DNA of 64,000 nt, taken from IMG/VR virus record IMGVR_UViG_3300043602_000144; one strand, given 5' to 3'. This document shows, piece after piece, positions 19,236-27,750 of the stretch (position 1 is its first letter; every line of letters starts with the position of its first letter). The notes under the pieces are model-generated. The model saw only the letters and a program-made list of their open reading frames with translations. It did no database searches and was not told the origin of the DNA. This stretch comes from an uncultured virus (IMG/VR IMGVR_UViG_3300043602_000144) (taxonomy: Duplodnaviria > Heunggongvirae > Uroviricota > Caudoviricetes). The translations under genes and the position numbers were made by a program.

Positions 19236-20090
19236 GTGAGACGCTTTGAAACTGAGACCCCGCACGGCACTGATAAATATCTTCTGCTGGAAGCCGGTGA
19301 AATTCCGGCTCTGGTGCAGAAGCATGAAAAAGTGCTGATGCATAAAACAGGTGATAGCTGGAGCGGTGGCGTTGCATACGCCACCTTCAAGCAACGCGCC
19401 AGCACCGGGGACAATGCCTTGGTGCTGGAATCGGATAAGCACTTGGCCCTCATCGAGGATCAGGTGCCGATGGCGCGCGGCTGGCGCAACGTGGACGACG
19501 TTGTCGGTGCTGTACCAAACGTCCCCGCGTTTCTGGCAGGCCATCCGCAGTGCATGCGGCGGCGTCAGCGGGCAATGCGTGACACTGCACCGTTGGCCAT
19601 CTACATGGACCTGACCAGTTCGGCTGGCATTGATGCCAAGGACGTGCAGAAGCGCGGAATTGTTTTGCTGGCACTGACACGCTTGCTGGTAGAACACCGC
19701 CCGGTGGAACTCTGGGTTGGAACCGGCATGGGTTCCAGCTTTTCCCACCGCAATGGCAGCAAGAGCATATCGGCAACGGTATGCTGGCGCATTGACACTG
19801 CACCGCTGGACTTGGCCCGTGCGGCATTCCACATTTCATCCACCGCTATGGCGCGGGGGTTCGGTTATGAAATGGTCCACGGTGAACTGGACATGCCGCA
19901 TGGCCATTGGCCATTCGGTAATCATGCACTGCACTGCCGGACGGCGGAAGCCCGCCTGAAGGAAGTGTTTGCTGGCCAGGAGTTGCTTTACATACCGCCG
20001 ATTTATTGGGGCGACCCAATGACACAGGACCCGGTCGCTTGGGTCAAGCGGGTGCTGGCGCGGTACGTGGGGGAGGAGGAAGCAGCATGA
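19236..20090 (+). CDS. Putative vWA-like partner of the AAA+ ATPase
   Basis: DVVGAVPNVPAFLAGHP..M and IYMDLTSS (MIDAS-like); adjacent to the ATPase. Confidence 0.65.
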   Translation: MRRFETETPHGTDKYLLLEAGEIPALVQKHEKVLMHKTGDSWSGGVAYATFKQRASTGDNALVLESDKHLALIEDQVPMARGWRNVDDVVGAVPNVPAFLAGHPQCMRRRQRAMRDTAPLAIYMDLTSSAGIDAKDVQKRGIVLLALTRLLVEHRPVELWVGTGMGSSFSHRNGSKSISATVCWRIDTAPLDLARAAFHISSTAMARGFGYEMVHGELDMPHGHWPFGNHALHCRTAEARLKEVFAGQELLYIPPIYWGDPMTQDPVAWVKRVLARYVGEEEAA

Positions 20091-20296
20091 GCAACCTCGC
20101 CCCCACCGTTCCGGTGTTTACACAGAAGCACTATGAACACCTGATAGCAGGGCTGCACTTAGTGCCAGCCCTGCATGACCGGATTATCGCGGCGGAAATT
20201 CTCTGCCGCATTTTCCAAACTGATAATCCAAAATTCAAACCCGCCTTGTTCATGGCGCAAGCGATGGAAACTGGAAATGAAACGCCGGAAACCTAG
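20087..20296 (+). CDS. Small phage protein
   Basis: FTQKHY..FQTDNPKFKPALF motif; GGAGGAGG RBS. Confidence 0.6.
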   Translation: MSNLAPTVPVFTQKHYEHLIAGLHLVPALHDRIIAAEILCRIFQTDNPKFKPALFMAQAMETGNETPET

Positions 20297-20355
20297 GATG
20301 GCGGTATGCCCCGGATGCGATGCTGTGTTCCCTGCCGCCTTTGCCACACGGCATC

Positions 20356-20615
20356 GCTGCAGGCCTGCCAGCCCTGCCCCTGCTACCCCTGCCCCTGCTA
20401 CCCCTGCCGGGGGCAACCCTGCCAGCCCTGCCCCTGCCAGCCCCATGGGCAGGCCTGCCGGGGGTGGCCAGCTATAGGGGTAGCAGGCACCCCCAAAGCC
20501 CCATCCCACGGTCTCCGCTGGGTCGGCGTGGACTTGCCCCTGCCGGGGGCAAAGCCCGCCAGCCCTGCCGGGGGCAACCCCTGCCAGCCCTGCCCCTGCC
20601 GGGGGCGAGGGCTGC
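20356..20615. repeat. Intergenic low-complexity tract of CCCCTGCC/CCCTGCCAGCC/CCGGGGGC units
   Basis: Many imperfect tandem copies are visible. Confidence 0.85.
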
Positions 20616-20653
20616 ACTGCACAGACCGCAACCCAACCCAAAGGAAAACTGAA

Positions 20654-20848
20654 ATGGCAAAACGTAAAGCTAAGAGATACACCGCAACGCAACTTGCAAA
20701 GCGGCTTCACAATACGGTTCCAGAAGATTTCTACGATAAGTTCGGCGCCTACTACATTGAATATGCGGAAGGAACCAAGTTTCTTATCGAGCTTGAAAAC
20801 GGCCAACGGTTCACCATTGCGGTGAGCCGCGCCAAACAGGAGAAATGA
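20654..20848 (+). CDS. Hypothetical protein
   Basis: AAGGA RBS, start MAKRK. Confidence 0.65.
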   Translation: MAKRKAKRYTATQLAKRLHNTVPEDFYDKFGAYYIEYAEGTKFLIELENGQRFTIAVSRAKQEK

Positions 20849-21081
20849 AAATGAAAGTTCAATTTGTTAAATGGTGCATGACCGCAAAGGATCGGACACC
20901 GGTCGCCGTTAATCCGTCCCGCGTCGACTGCATCGAACACTTCAGTGATGCCTTCAACCACGGCGGCACCGACGAGGCGTTCCCCGCAGCCACCAAGATT
21001 ATCATGCAGGGAAAGCAGGAGTACATCGTGCAGGGAGCCGTGGCTGATGTGGTCCGTGCTTTGAATCAGGGAGAAAAGTAA
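20845..21081 (+). CDS. Hypothetical protein
   Basis: AGGAG RBS, ATGA overlap. Confidence 0.6.
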   Translation: MKMKVQFVKWCMTAKDRTPVAVNPSRVDCIEHFSDAFNHGGTDEAFPAATKIIMQGKQEYIVQGAVADVVRALNQGEK

Positions 21082-21261
21082 TGACCATCCAAGATACCTT
21101 CACCCAGAATATTATCCGCATGGGCCGCGAGCATGGTTTCGCACTCGGCCTTGCGCGGGCTATCGAACTTCTACGCCAGCATGGCATAGAGGTGGATCAC
21201 CCTGCCCGTCAGGCGGTATTCGCCGCCCTGATGCGCGAAAAACCAACGGAGGACTAACACT

Positions 21262-21597
21262 ATGCCGAAGCTAGATGACAAGACCCTGACTGTGCTGTCC
21301 GCCGTTATGGGCGGCAGCAACTTGGGGATGGGCATGCCAGACAAACGCACAGTGCATCGCCTGCTAGCCTGTGACACTGTCACTATGGACATGTGCGTCA
21401 TGGCCATGTGGAGCGGCTGCATGGAGGCCGATGACCACTACGACATGTTCATGAAGGAATGTGAGTGGTGGTACAGGAGCAGAAGCAACTTCAACAAGGG
21501 TCGGTCCAAGTCGGCCGACCCTGCCTACGTGCGCAAAGTCTGGCCCGATATCGCAGATTTCATGGGCTTCAATCAAGAGGAAAATAAAAATGGATGA
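21262..21597 (+). CDS. Hypothetical protein
   Basis: GGAGGA RBS. Confidence 0.6.
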   Translation: MPKLDDKTLTVLSAVMGGSNLGMGMPDKRTVHRLLACDTVTMDMCVMAMWSGCMEADDHYDMFMKECEWWYRSRSNFNKGRSKSADPAYVRKVWPDIADFMGFNQEENKNG

Positions 21598-21874
21598 TTC
21601 CTACATTTCGCACAGCAAAGGTGGGACAATGTTCAACGGGCCTGACGCGGTCCGTTTGTTTCAGGCCATCACTTTGTACTCCGGCCTTGGACTTCTCAAG
21701 GCTGGCATCAAGCCACGGCGAGACTGGACAATGACCAAGGCGTTGCACGCTGCAACGTCGTACACTGGCAAGCCTTACAAGCGCACCCAAGCCGACAAGG
21801 CCCGTGCTGACTTGAAGGTTTGGATTGATACCATGCGGTGCGCGTTGCCGGTAGAAAGGGACGACAATGACTGA
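21590..21874 (+). CDS. Hypothetical protein
   Basis: GAGGA RBS, start MDDSY. Confidence 0.6.
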   Translation: MDDSYISHSKGGTMFNGPDAVRLFQAITLYSGLGLLKAGIKPRRDWTMTKALHAATSYTGKPYKRTQADKARADLKVWIDTMRCALPVERDDND

Positions 21875-21959
21875 AACTGAATTCAGCCGCTGGATGTTCT
21901 GGCACTACACCGCACATCTGTGCTTTCACTACTCAGAACTTTGAAAAGGAAGAACTACC

Positions 21960-22160
21960 ATGTCACAACAAACATCTCCCGCGTTGCTTCTGGCCAAGCT
22001 AGAAGCGCGCATCCACGATCTTGGTAAAACTCCACCGGCCCCGTGGCCATGGGTGGAGCAAGACCCGGCCATGCGCCGCCTTCAGCTTCTCGAATTCATC
22101 GAGGACGTTGAGGCGGGGCGCAACACCGACCAGCACCCGAAGTGGAAACGCAAATGGTGA
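21960..22160 (+). CDS. Hypothetical protein
   Basis: AAGGA RBS. Confidence 0.5.
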   Translation: MSQQTSPALLLAKLEARIHDLGKTPPAPWPWVEQDPAMRRLQLLEFIEDVEAGRNTDQHPKWKRKW

Positions 22161-22366
22161 AACGTCCGCGTGGCTACGTCGCACTCGGCGACTTCGCCGC
22201 TACCTTTATCCCTGCCGTTCGTGAGGCGGCAGAGGATCAGGGCATCATCAAGCGCAAGCAGTGCGAACACTGTGAAAAGTTTTTCGCGCTGTACAAGTGC
22301 AACAAGATGCAGTTCGAATGCGACTGCCCCAAGTGTCAGGGATACTGCGAATGTCCAAGCAACTAA
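22154..22366 (+). CDS. Small zinc-finger-like protein
   Basis: CEHC..C..CDCPKC..C.C. Confidence 0.55.
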   Translation: MVKRPRGYVALGDFAATFIPAVREAAEDQGIIKRKQCEHCEKFFALYKCNKMQFECDCPKCQGYCECPSN

Positions 22367-22950
22367 GCGAACGCACCGCGAAGAAATACATCGGTGCGAT
22401 GGCGTCTGGCTATGAAGCCAAGCGCAAGAAACAATTGCGTTGGCACCAGGAAAACAAAATCGTAGAACAGATGCTGACCACATTGGGCACCAAGACCGTG
22501 CTGGATGTGCCAGTCGGTACCGGGCGTTTCCTGCCGCTGTACCGCACGCTGAAGCTGAAGGGGTGGGGTATAGACAGCAGCGAAGAAATGCTGGCTCAGG
22601 CCCGCAAGAAACCCGGCGCGGACAGACTGAAGCTGAGCGTTGGCAATGTGCTGCAAGATGATTTGCCCAAAGCCCAGACCGCGGTCAGTGTCAGATTCCT
22701 GGACCTGATTGATGAACCGGCCATGCTGATTGCCATGGACAAGCTCATGGCTGCAGCCACCGACTACATCATCCTGACCATCAGGCTTGGTGATAGCTAT
22801 ATCCTGAAGTCCAACACCGCCACGCACGCTGAACGCAAGTTCATGCTGCGGATATTCAAGCGCGGCTGGCATGTGGTCGAGGATGTCCCCATCTTCACAC
22901 AGGGCTGGCGTGTGCTGCGTCTGGCAAGGATCAAGCACAATGGCCGGTAA
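22351..22950 (+). CDS. Class I SAM-dependent methyltransferase
   Basis: VLDVPVGTGR motif I and GIDSSEEMLAQAR motif II. Confidence 0.88.
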   Translation: MSKQLSERTAKKYIGAMASGYEAKRKKQLRWHQENKIVEQMLTTLGTKTVLDVPVGTGRFLPLYRTLKLKGWGIDSSEEMLAQARKKPGADRLKLSVGNVLQDDLPKAQTAVSVRFLDLIDEPAMLIAMDKLMAAATDYIILTIRLGDSYILKSNTATHAERKFMLRIFKRGWHVVEDVPIFTQGWRVLRLARIKHNGR

Positions 22951-23105
22951 GAGACTTGAACACTGGAGCACGTTAACGCGTGACGTGCTAGCCGAAAGAA
23001 TTTCGCGCGAAGAAATCAGGCATGACCTGACCTTCGCAGAAACACAGTTGCTCAATGCGGCGCGTGAGCGGCTGTCGATGTGGAAAGCGCCATGGAGCAA
23101 AGGCA

Positions 23106-23648
23106 ATGCAAGAAAAGAAGCTTGAGAACCAGACCGACGTCACCAAGACCGTCGTCGGGGAATTCGTTGAAGACCTCAAGGTAGAGGACAAGACCAAGCC
23201 ACAGAAGCAGATTGATACTGTAGTGGAAGCTGTCGCCGCTGCAGAAGCTGATCAGCCCGCCGTCAAGGCTAAGGCTGCTCCTAAGAAGAAGACCACTACC
23301 AAGGCGGCACCCGCCGCGAAACCCGCTGCACCCGCAGCACCAAAGAAGAAGGAGGCCAAGGTGGCCAAGAAGTCTGTAAAGAGTAAGGCGAAGAGCAACG
23401 GCGCTGCGAAGGCGAAGACAAAGGACACACCGAACAAGCGTGTCGCCGAGGATGCAGTGCTGAAGGTGAGCAAGTCCTTCAAGAACCCCTACAAAGAAGG
23501 GACCGGCCCATACGAGCGGTTCGAGATCTGCGCCAAGAGCAACGGCAAGACCTACGGCACGCTCCGCGCACTGAAGAGCCTGAAGCCCACAACGCCGCTG
23601 AACTTCGTGCGTGCTGGCGGCGGGGAGTTCATTTCCGAGGGAAAGTAG
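23106..23648 (+). CDS. Lys/Ala-rich histone-like putative DNA-binding protein
   Basis: KAKAAPKKK..KPAAPAAPKKK low-complexity segment; C-terminal NPYKEGT..YERF domain. Confidence 0.6.
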   Translation: MQEKKLENQTDVTKTVVGEFVEDLKVEDKTKPQKQIDTVVEAVAAAEADQPAVKAKAAPKKKTTTKAAPAAKPAAPAAPKKKEAKVAKKSVKSKAKSNGAAKAKTKDTPNKRVAEDAVLKVSKSFKNPYKEGTGPYERFEICAKSNGKTYGTLRALKSLKPTTPLNFVRAGGGEFISEGK

Positions 23649-23659
23649 TCTCGCTCGAG

Positions 23660-23938
23660 TTGCTGAAGCAAGTTAAGAAAAGCGGGAGGGAACCAACCCC
23701 TCCCGCTGAACTTGCTAAGATGCTCGGGCGTGAACGTGTATACGTGTTTGAGTACGGTGACGAGGAGGGCCTTGCCACTGTGCTAGGACGCGGTGAGACA
23801 ATGAGCACGGTACGCTTTGACCGTGCTGACCTGTTCGGCAAGGAAGGCCATGTACGCACTAGCCAACTGAAGCCGGTCCTTGACAAACCCAAGAAAGCAA
23901 AACGCGATGACAATCCAGACGACACTGAACCAACGTAA
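23660..23938 (+). CDS. Hypothetical protein (start uncertain)
   Basis: Fills the gap between coupled ORFs. Confidence 0.5.
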   Translation: MLKQVKKSGREPTPPAELAKMLGRERVYVFEYGDEEGLATVLGRGETMSTVRFDRADLFGKEGHVRTSQLKPVLDKPKKAKRDDNPDDTEPT

Positions 23939-24242
23939 TACCACGCACGGTGATTTCACCGATCATGCCAGAATCACGCAAGAAATCAAGCAGGTGATAG
24001 AACGCCAAGATAACTACGGCAATCTCAATCATTGCCAGCGTGAAGCACTGGCAATTATCGCACACAAGATTGGCCGCATCCTAGCAGGCAATCCAAACTT
24101 CCACGACCACTGGCACGACATTGCCGGATATGCAACGCTGGTAGCGGACCGCATCGGGGTGCCGAAGCCAAAGGAAATAGAAACGTATTGCCCCGGCACA
24201 CCGGAAGACGGTGGCCACCATGCGAGGCACCAAGAAGATTAA
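23907..24242 (+). CDS. DUF6378-like helical phage protein
   Basis: L.QR..THGDF, QREALAIIAHKIGRILAGNP, DHWHDIAGYATL. Confidence 0.75.
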   Translation: MTIQTTLNQRNTTHGDFTDHARITQEIKQVIERQDNYGNLNHCQREALAIIAHKIGRILAGNPNFHDHWHDIAGYATLVADRIGVPKPKEIETYCPGTPEDGGHHARHQED

Positions 24243-24251
24243 TTCAGAGCT

Positions 24252-24370
24252 ACAACCGAGAGGGTAGTCACATCGGTTAGCGGCGGAATCGGTGTTCAGA
24301 AAGATGACCTGCGGCCTCTCGGTTGTTAGGAGGCATTCGTACCGTACAAGGTCATCGGCCGCCGCACCTC
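24252..24370 (+). ncRNA. Candidate pseudoknotted RNA element
   Basis: Perfect 12-bp stem, inner hairpin and two long-range complementarities in an intergenic gap. Confidence 0.45.
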
Positions 24371-24397
24371 ATCCCCCATGCAACAGGAACAAGTCGA

Positions 24398-24613
24398 ATG
24401 ACTATACCTAAGATCTACAATCAGTTTGAGAACACGCTGCGCCATCTGCAAATCTGCAGCATGGCCATCAATGATGCCATCGACAATGGCACCGGCCTTG
24501 ATAAATTCAAATCAATGCTGATGTCAGACTATGAGCGCGACTGCTTCTTAAAACTACGGGAGCAGTGCATCCGCTTCGTAGATCTGTACGATGAACTGGA
24601 TACCATCCCATGA
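24398..24613 (+). CDS. Hypothetical protein
   Basis: AGGA RBS, start MTIPK. Confidence 0.55.
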   Translation: MTIPKIYNQFENTLRHLQICSMAINDAIDNGTGLDKFKSMLMSDYERDCFLKLREQCIRFVDLYDELDTIP

Positions 24614-24882
24614 AGCAAACAGTAATCATCGCTCACGGACCGGCGTCCGGGCTCTTCGATATGGAAGGTGTCTACATCAAGAGCTACGACCCTGAAGCGC
24701 ACAATGGCGGCGGCGACGCCAGCTATACACACAAACTTTCTGAGGCATTGAAATTCAAGGATATCGAAGAGGCCTTGGCGTTCACCATGCGGATACCGGC
24801 AGCCAGACCACTTCGTGCTGACGGAAAACCTAATCGCCCACTGCGGGCATTTCATTTGGAGTTTATCAATGTCACTGTATGA
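24610..24882 (+). CDS. Hypothetical protein
   Basis: RADGKPNRPLRAF motif; ATGA overlap. Confidence 0.6.
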   Translation: MKQTVIIAHGPASGLFDMEGVYIKSYDPEAHNGGGDASYTHKLSEALKFKDIEEALAFTMRIPAARPLRADGKPNRPLRAFHLEFINVTV

Positions 24883-25348
24883 CACGCTCACTGAAAGCGT
24901 TCTGTCCTGGGAATACCTTGGTCACCCGGCTCTGCTCGAGCGGTTCGTGCTGCGCAATGGCAAAGCGTACAAGCCCCGCAAGCGTATCGGCCAGAAGCGC
25001 AAGGCGAAGCAGTGCTACGCCAACGCAGCGGATATCGCGCTGTACAAAGGCGGCGGAACTTACGTCGAGGGTTTCGCCGTGAACAATAAGTTCGCCCTGC
25101 CATTGCTGCATGCATGGATCACAGTGGATGGCGCCGATGCTATGGATCCGACGCTTGATGCAAAGGATTACGAATATTACGGTGTGGCATTCGACAAGGA
25201 TACGTTGCTCAAGGAGATGCTGCGCAACGGACACTATGGATTGCTCGACACCGGGCTGATACTCAACACGAAACTGATATTCGGGATGGACCCGGAGCTC
25301 GAAGAAATCTGCAAACGAGTAAAGGAAAACAGAAGGAGCGTCGCATGA
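24869..25348 (+). CDS. Hypothetical protein with a papain/transglutaminase-like Cys-His-Asp pattern
   Basis: QCYANA, YVEGFA, LHAWI, MDPT, YYGV. Confidence 0.6.
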   Translation: MSLYDTLTESVLSWEYLGHPALLERFVLRNGKAYKPRKRIGQKRKAKQCYANAADIALYKGGGTYVEGFAVNNKFALPLLHAWITVDGADAMDPTLDAKDYEYYGVAFDKDTLLKEMLRNGHYGLLDTGLILNTKLIFGMDPELEEICKRVKENRRSVA

Positions 25349-25938
25349 GCAAGGAACAGATGCGAAAGGATTTGCAAAAGCACTTCCGCAGCAAGCTGAG
25401 AAAATTAGTGCTGGATACTTTTGAAGTCCACGATGCGGCGGACCTGTCACCCGTAGACGCCGCGACCACGCTGATAACTGAACTGACCCATTCGGCGGTC
25501 ATGCTGCTGGTGGACGTGTCGTCCATGACGCCCAAGCATTTCGGTGAAATCATGGAGCGAACTTTTGCCAACGCTCGCGCTGAATTCAAAAGCAATGGCG
25601 GGCAGTTAGATGATGCCGAAATGGAAGTGATGGAAGTGGAATTGCTGCACCCGCGTGTCGGGCCAGATGTCATGGGCATCCTGCCAGACTTCTTGGATTT
25701 GGCAGATCCCCGTCCAGTGCGTGAACAGTTCAATGAACGGTATGCGCATGGCGGCGGCTGGAGCCCCATGAGCAAGTGGAAACTGCTGAAGGATAATTCT
25801 ATCAGCTATCCGGGCGAGGATCCACTGAAGCCGCTGGCGCAACTTAAATTCCGGAAGGAATTGGTTGTGCTGTATGAGCACTCTTGGGTTGCGATTATTC
25901 AACCGGACCGGACGTTTGAAATTTCTAGGATGGACTGA
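25345..25938 (+). CDS. Hypothetical protein
   Basis: AAGGAG RBS; C-terminal DPRPVREQFNERYAHGGGW domain. Confidence 0.65.
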   Translation: MSKEQMRKDLQKHFRSKLRKLVLDTFEVHDAADLSPVDAATTLITELTHSAVMLLVDVSSMTPKHFGEIMERTFANARAEFKSNGGQLDDAEMEVMEVELLHPRVGPDVMGILPDFLDLADPRPVREQFNERYAHGGGWSPMSKWKLLKDNSISYPGEDPLKPLAQLKFRKELVVLYEHSWVAIIQPDRTFEISRMD

Positions 25939-26123
25939 ATGTCCAAACATAAAATGACCGGCGGTCTTCAACAGGCTCGCCACCGTGCAGCGTTGAAACG
26001 AGGTTTGTCGAAAGCACAACGTCTGAAAAATTACAGGTTGATGCGGAAGGACACATCTCGTTTTCTTGAAGATGAAATGGCGGCGCTCGGCAGGCCCTTG
26101 CGCGTAAATCGTTGAATAAAATC

Positions 26124-26162
26124 AAAGCCCCCATCGGCATTGCGCCGATAGGGGCTTTTTTC
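26124..26162. terminator. Bidirectional intrinsic terminator between convergent units
   Basis: AAAGCCCCCATCGGC-attgc-GCCGATAGGGGCTTTTTT. Confidence 0.8.
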
Positions 26163-26174
26163 GTTTGTAGATTT

Positions 26175-26351
26175 TTAGATTTTGCGAGCAGTCAACTCGA
26201 ATACTTCGTCGTTGCGCGTGGTGAGAATTATGCAACGGGTGTTTTTTGCTTTCACCTTTTTCAGTTGGAGTTTTGCACCATACGCCAGCCGATGGGCGCG
26301 AAGCATATGGTCCACATGGCGGGCGACTTGGGCAACGGTAGTAGTCTTCAT
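26175..26351 (-). CDS. Small basic hypothetical protein
   Basis: GAGG RBS, own promoter-like sequence upstream, terminator downstream. Confidence 0.55.
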   Translation of the reverse strand: MKTTTVAQVARHVDHMLRAHRLAYGAKLQLKKVKAKNTRCIILTTRNDEVFELTARKI

Positions 26352-26374
26352 GGTATACAACCTCAGGTTTTAAC

Positions 26375-26762
26375 CCGGCAAGGCCTGCCCCTGCCGGGAA
26401 CCCCTGTCTAGCATGCTACCCCTAGCATGGCAACCAGCGACCCAGCGGAGTCCGCCCATGGGCCATACCGCCCTAGGGGCAGGGGTAGCCTAAGCCAGCC
26501 CCTAAACCCCCTCCCACGGGGTCTCTAGGGGCAGGAGCAGGGCTGCCCAAGGCATGCCCAAGGGAGGGGGTGTTTGGGGGTGCCCGGTAGGGTGGGGTCG
26601 GCCAGCGGCTAAACCGCATGGGGGACCGATTCTAGGCCATCCAGGGGCATCCTATTGGCCAGCTAAAATGCGCAGAATCCTCGGCCATGGCCATTGCCCC
26701 GGTCCCCCTGCCCATTGCCACCCCGCCCCCGGCAGGCCTGCCCCTGCCCCTGCCAGCCCTTC
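26375..26762. repeat. Second C/G-run low-complexity tract
   Basis: AGGCCTGCCCCTGCC at 26381 and 26734, G-runs at 26562-26597. Confidence 0.7.
26405..26433 (-). promoter_or_regulatory. Putative promoter TTGCCA-N17-TAGACA with palindrome TGCTA-N4-TAGCA in the spacer
   Basis: Read on the minus strand; palindrome at 26414-26427. Confidence 0.55.
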
Positions 26763-27059
26763 GCGGGCCAGCATCCGGGCATCCCGTCCGCGGAAAATCC
26801 AGAGAACATCTTTCTTTCGCACTGCGACAAATGCTTTTCCGCCGGAACGAGCGTTCCGCACGAGCCATCCAATTTGGGCTGGTCTCAAACTGATTTCCAA
26901 ACCTCGAGCGCGCTTATTCTCGATCCAGAAACTGGATCCCTTCCAAGTCCCGTGCATGTCGGGCACACCGCGCTCCACAATCCCCGTCTCTATCGTAGTC
27001 CAATGCACCATCGGCAGTCGGCTGCGGAATGTCTTCCGCAGCCCACCGTCCGTACTCAT
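26652..27059 (-). CDS. PD-(D/E)xK nuclease, putative Holliday junction resolvase (VRR-NUC-like)
   Basis: IET..GVPD..FWIENK..LRPAQIGW..GGKAFV. Confidence 0.75.
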   Translation of the reverse strand: MSTDGGLRKTFRSRLPMVHWTTIETGIVERGVPDMHGTWKGSSFWIENKRARGLEISLRPAQIGWLVRNARSGGKAFVAVRKKDVLWIFRGRDARMLAREGLAGAGAGLPGAGWQWAGGPGQWPWPRILRILAGQ

Positions 27060-27214
27060 TGATGCTCAGTCGTGTGGTATTCGTGGTGGCAGTGCTGACA
27101 TTGCCTATGCCGCTCCACCGTGTTCCCCACCTTCGTCGTGCGCAGCACCCGTGTCACAGATTCACACTCCGGACAAGGATGCGTGGCTCCGCCCCTCACG
27201 CGAGCTGGACCCAT
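27056..27214 (-). CDS. Small zinc-ribbon protein (NrdR N-terminal-like)
   Basis: CPECES.TRVLRT..RHRQCQHCHHEYHTTE. Confidence 0.65.
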   Translation of the reverse strand: MGPARVRGGATHPCPECESVTRVLRTTKVGNTVERHRQCQHCHHEYHTTEHQ

Positions 27215-27666
27215 CCGCGTTTTGTTACGAGCCGAAGATCGTTTGCCGTTACGCCTCGCCGCAGTAGTTGACCCACCGACATTCCGACCTTGAACAGGTG
27301 ATACCGCCGCAGCCAAGTTGGTCTTCCGCTTTTGTGACGCGGGTCTTGCTGCACCCGCACCACTCGCCTTTCGTCGATGACCTTTCGATCCAGCACGTTT
27401 ACCGGGAGCGGCCTCCACTTGTATACTGGCGGACAATGTTCGATACGATGGCCGATCAGCATTTCCGCGTGCTGCACTGCCTTTGGAGTATTGATCTGTA
27501 GCAGGCACAGCACTAGATCTGCTTGGTCGTAGCCGTGTTCGTCCAGTGTCTTGAACAACGCGTCCCTTCCAGTCTTCCATTGCTTGATCCTCAATTGTCT
27601 GAAAACCTTCGCAGCAGTTCTGCGATCGATCTTACGCACTCGGGTACGGTACAGTTCTAGCATCAT
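27196..27666 (-). CDS. Hypothetical basic protein
   Basis: GGAG RBS; first gene of the leftward unit. Confidence 0.6.
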   Translation of the reverse strand: MMLELYRTRVRKIDRRTAAKVFRQLRIKQWKTGRDALFKTLDEHGYDQADLVLCLLQINTPKAVQHAEMLIGHRIEHCPPVYKWRPLPVNVLDRKVIDERRVVRVQQDPRHKSGRPTWLRRYHLFKVGMSVGQLLRRGVTANDLRLVTKRGWVQLA

Positions 27667-27750
27667 CGCTTTGCTCCAATAGCGCGGGCCGCGTTACCGC
27701 AACGCGACCGTTGTTACTGGTAGCATATACCGGCACCCTAAGCTAATGGT

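Noticed and set aside
20159..20682. Several overlapping Pro/Cys/Ala-rich ORFs
   Set aside because: Artefacts of the stop-poor repeat tract; the likely real gene starts at 20654 with an RBS.
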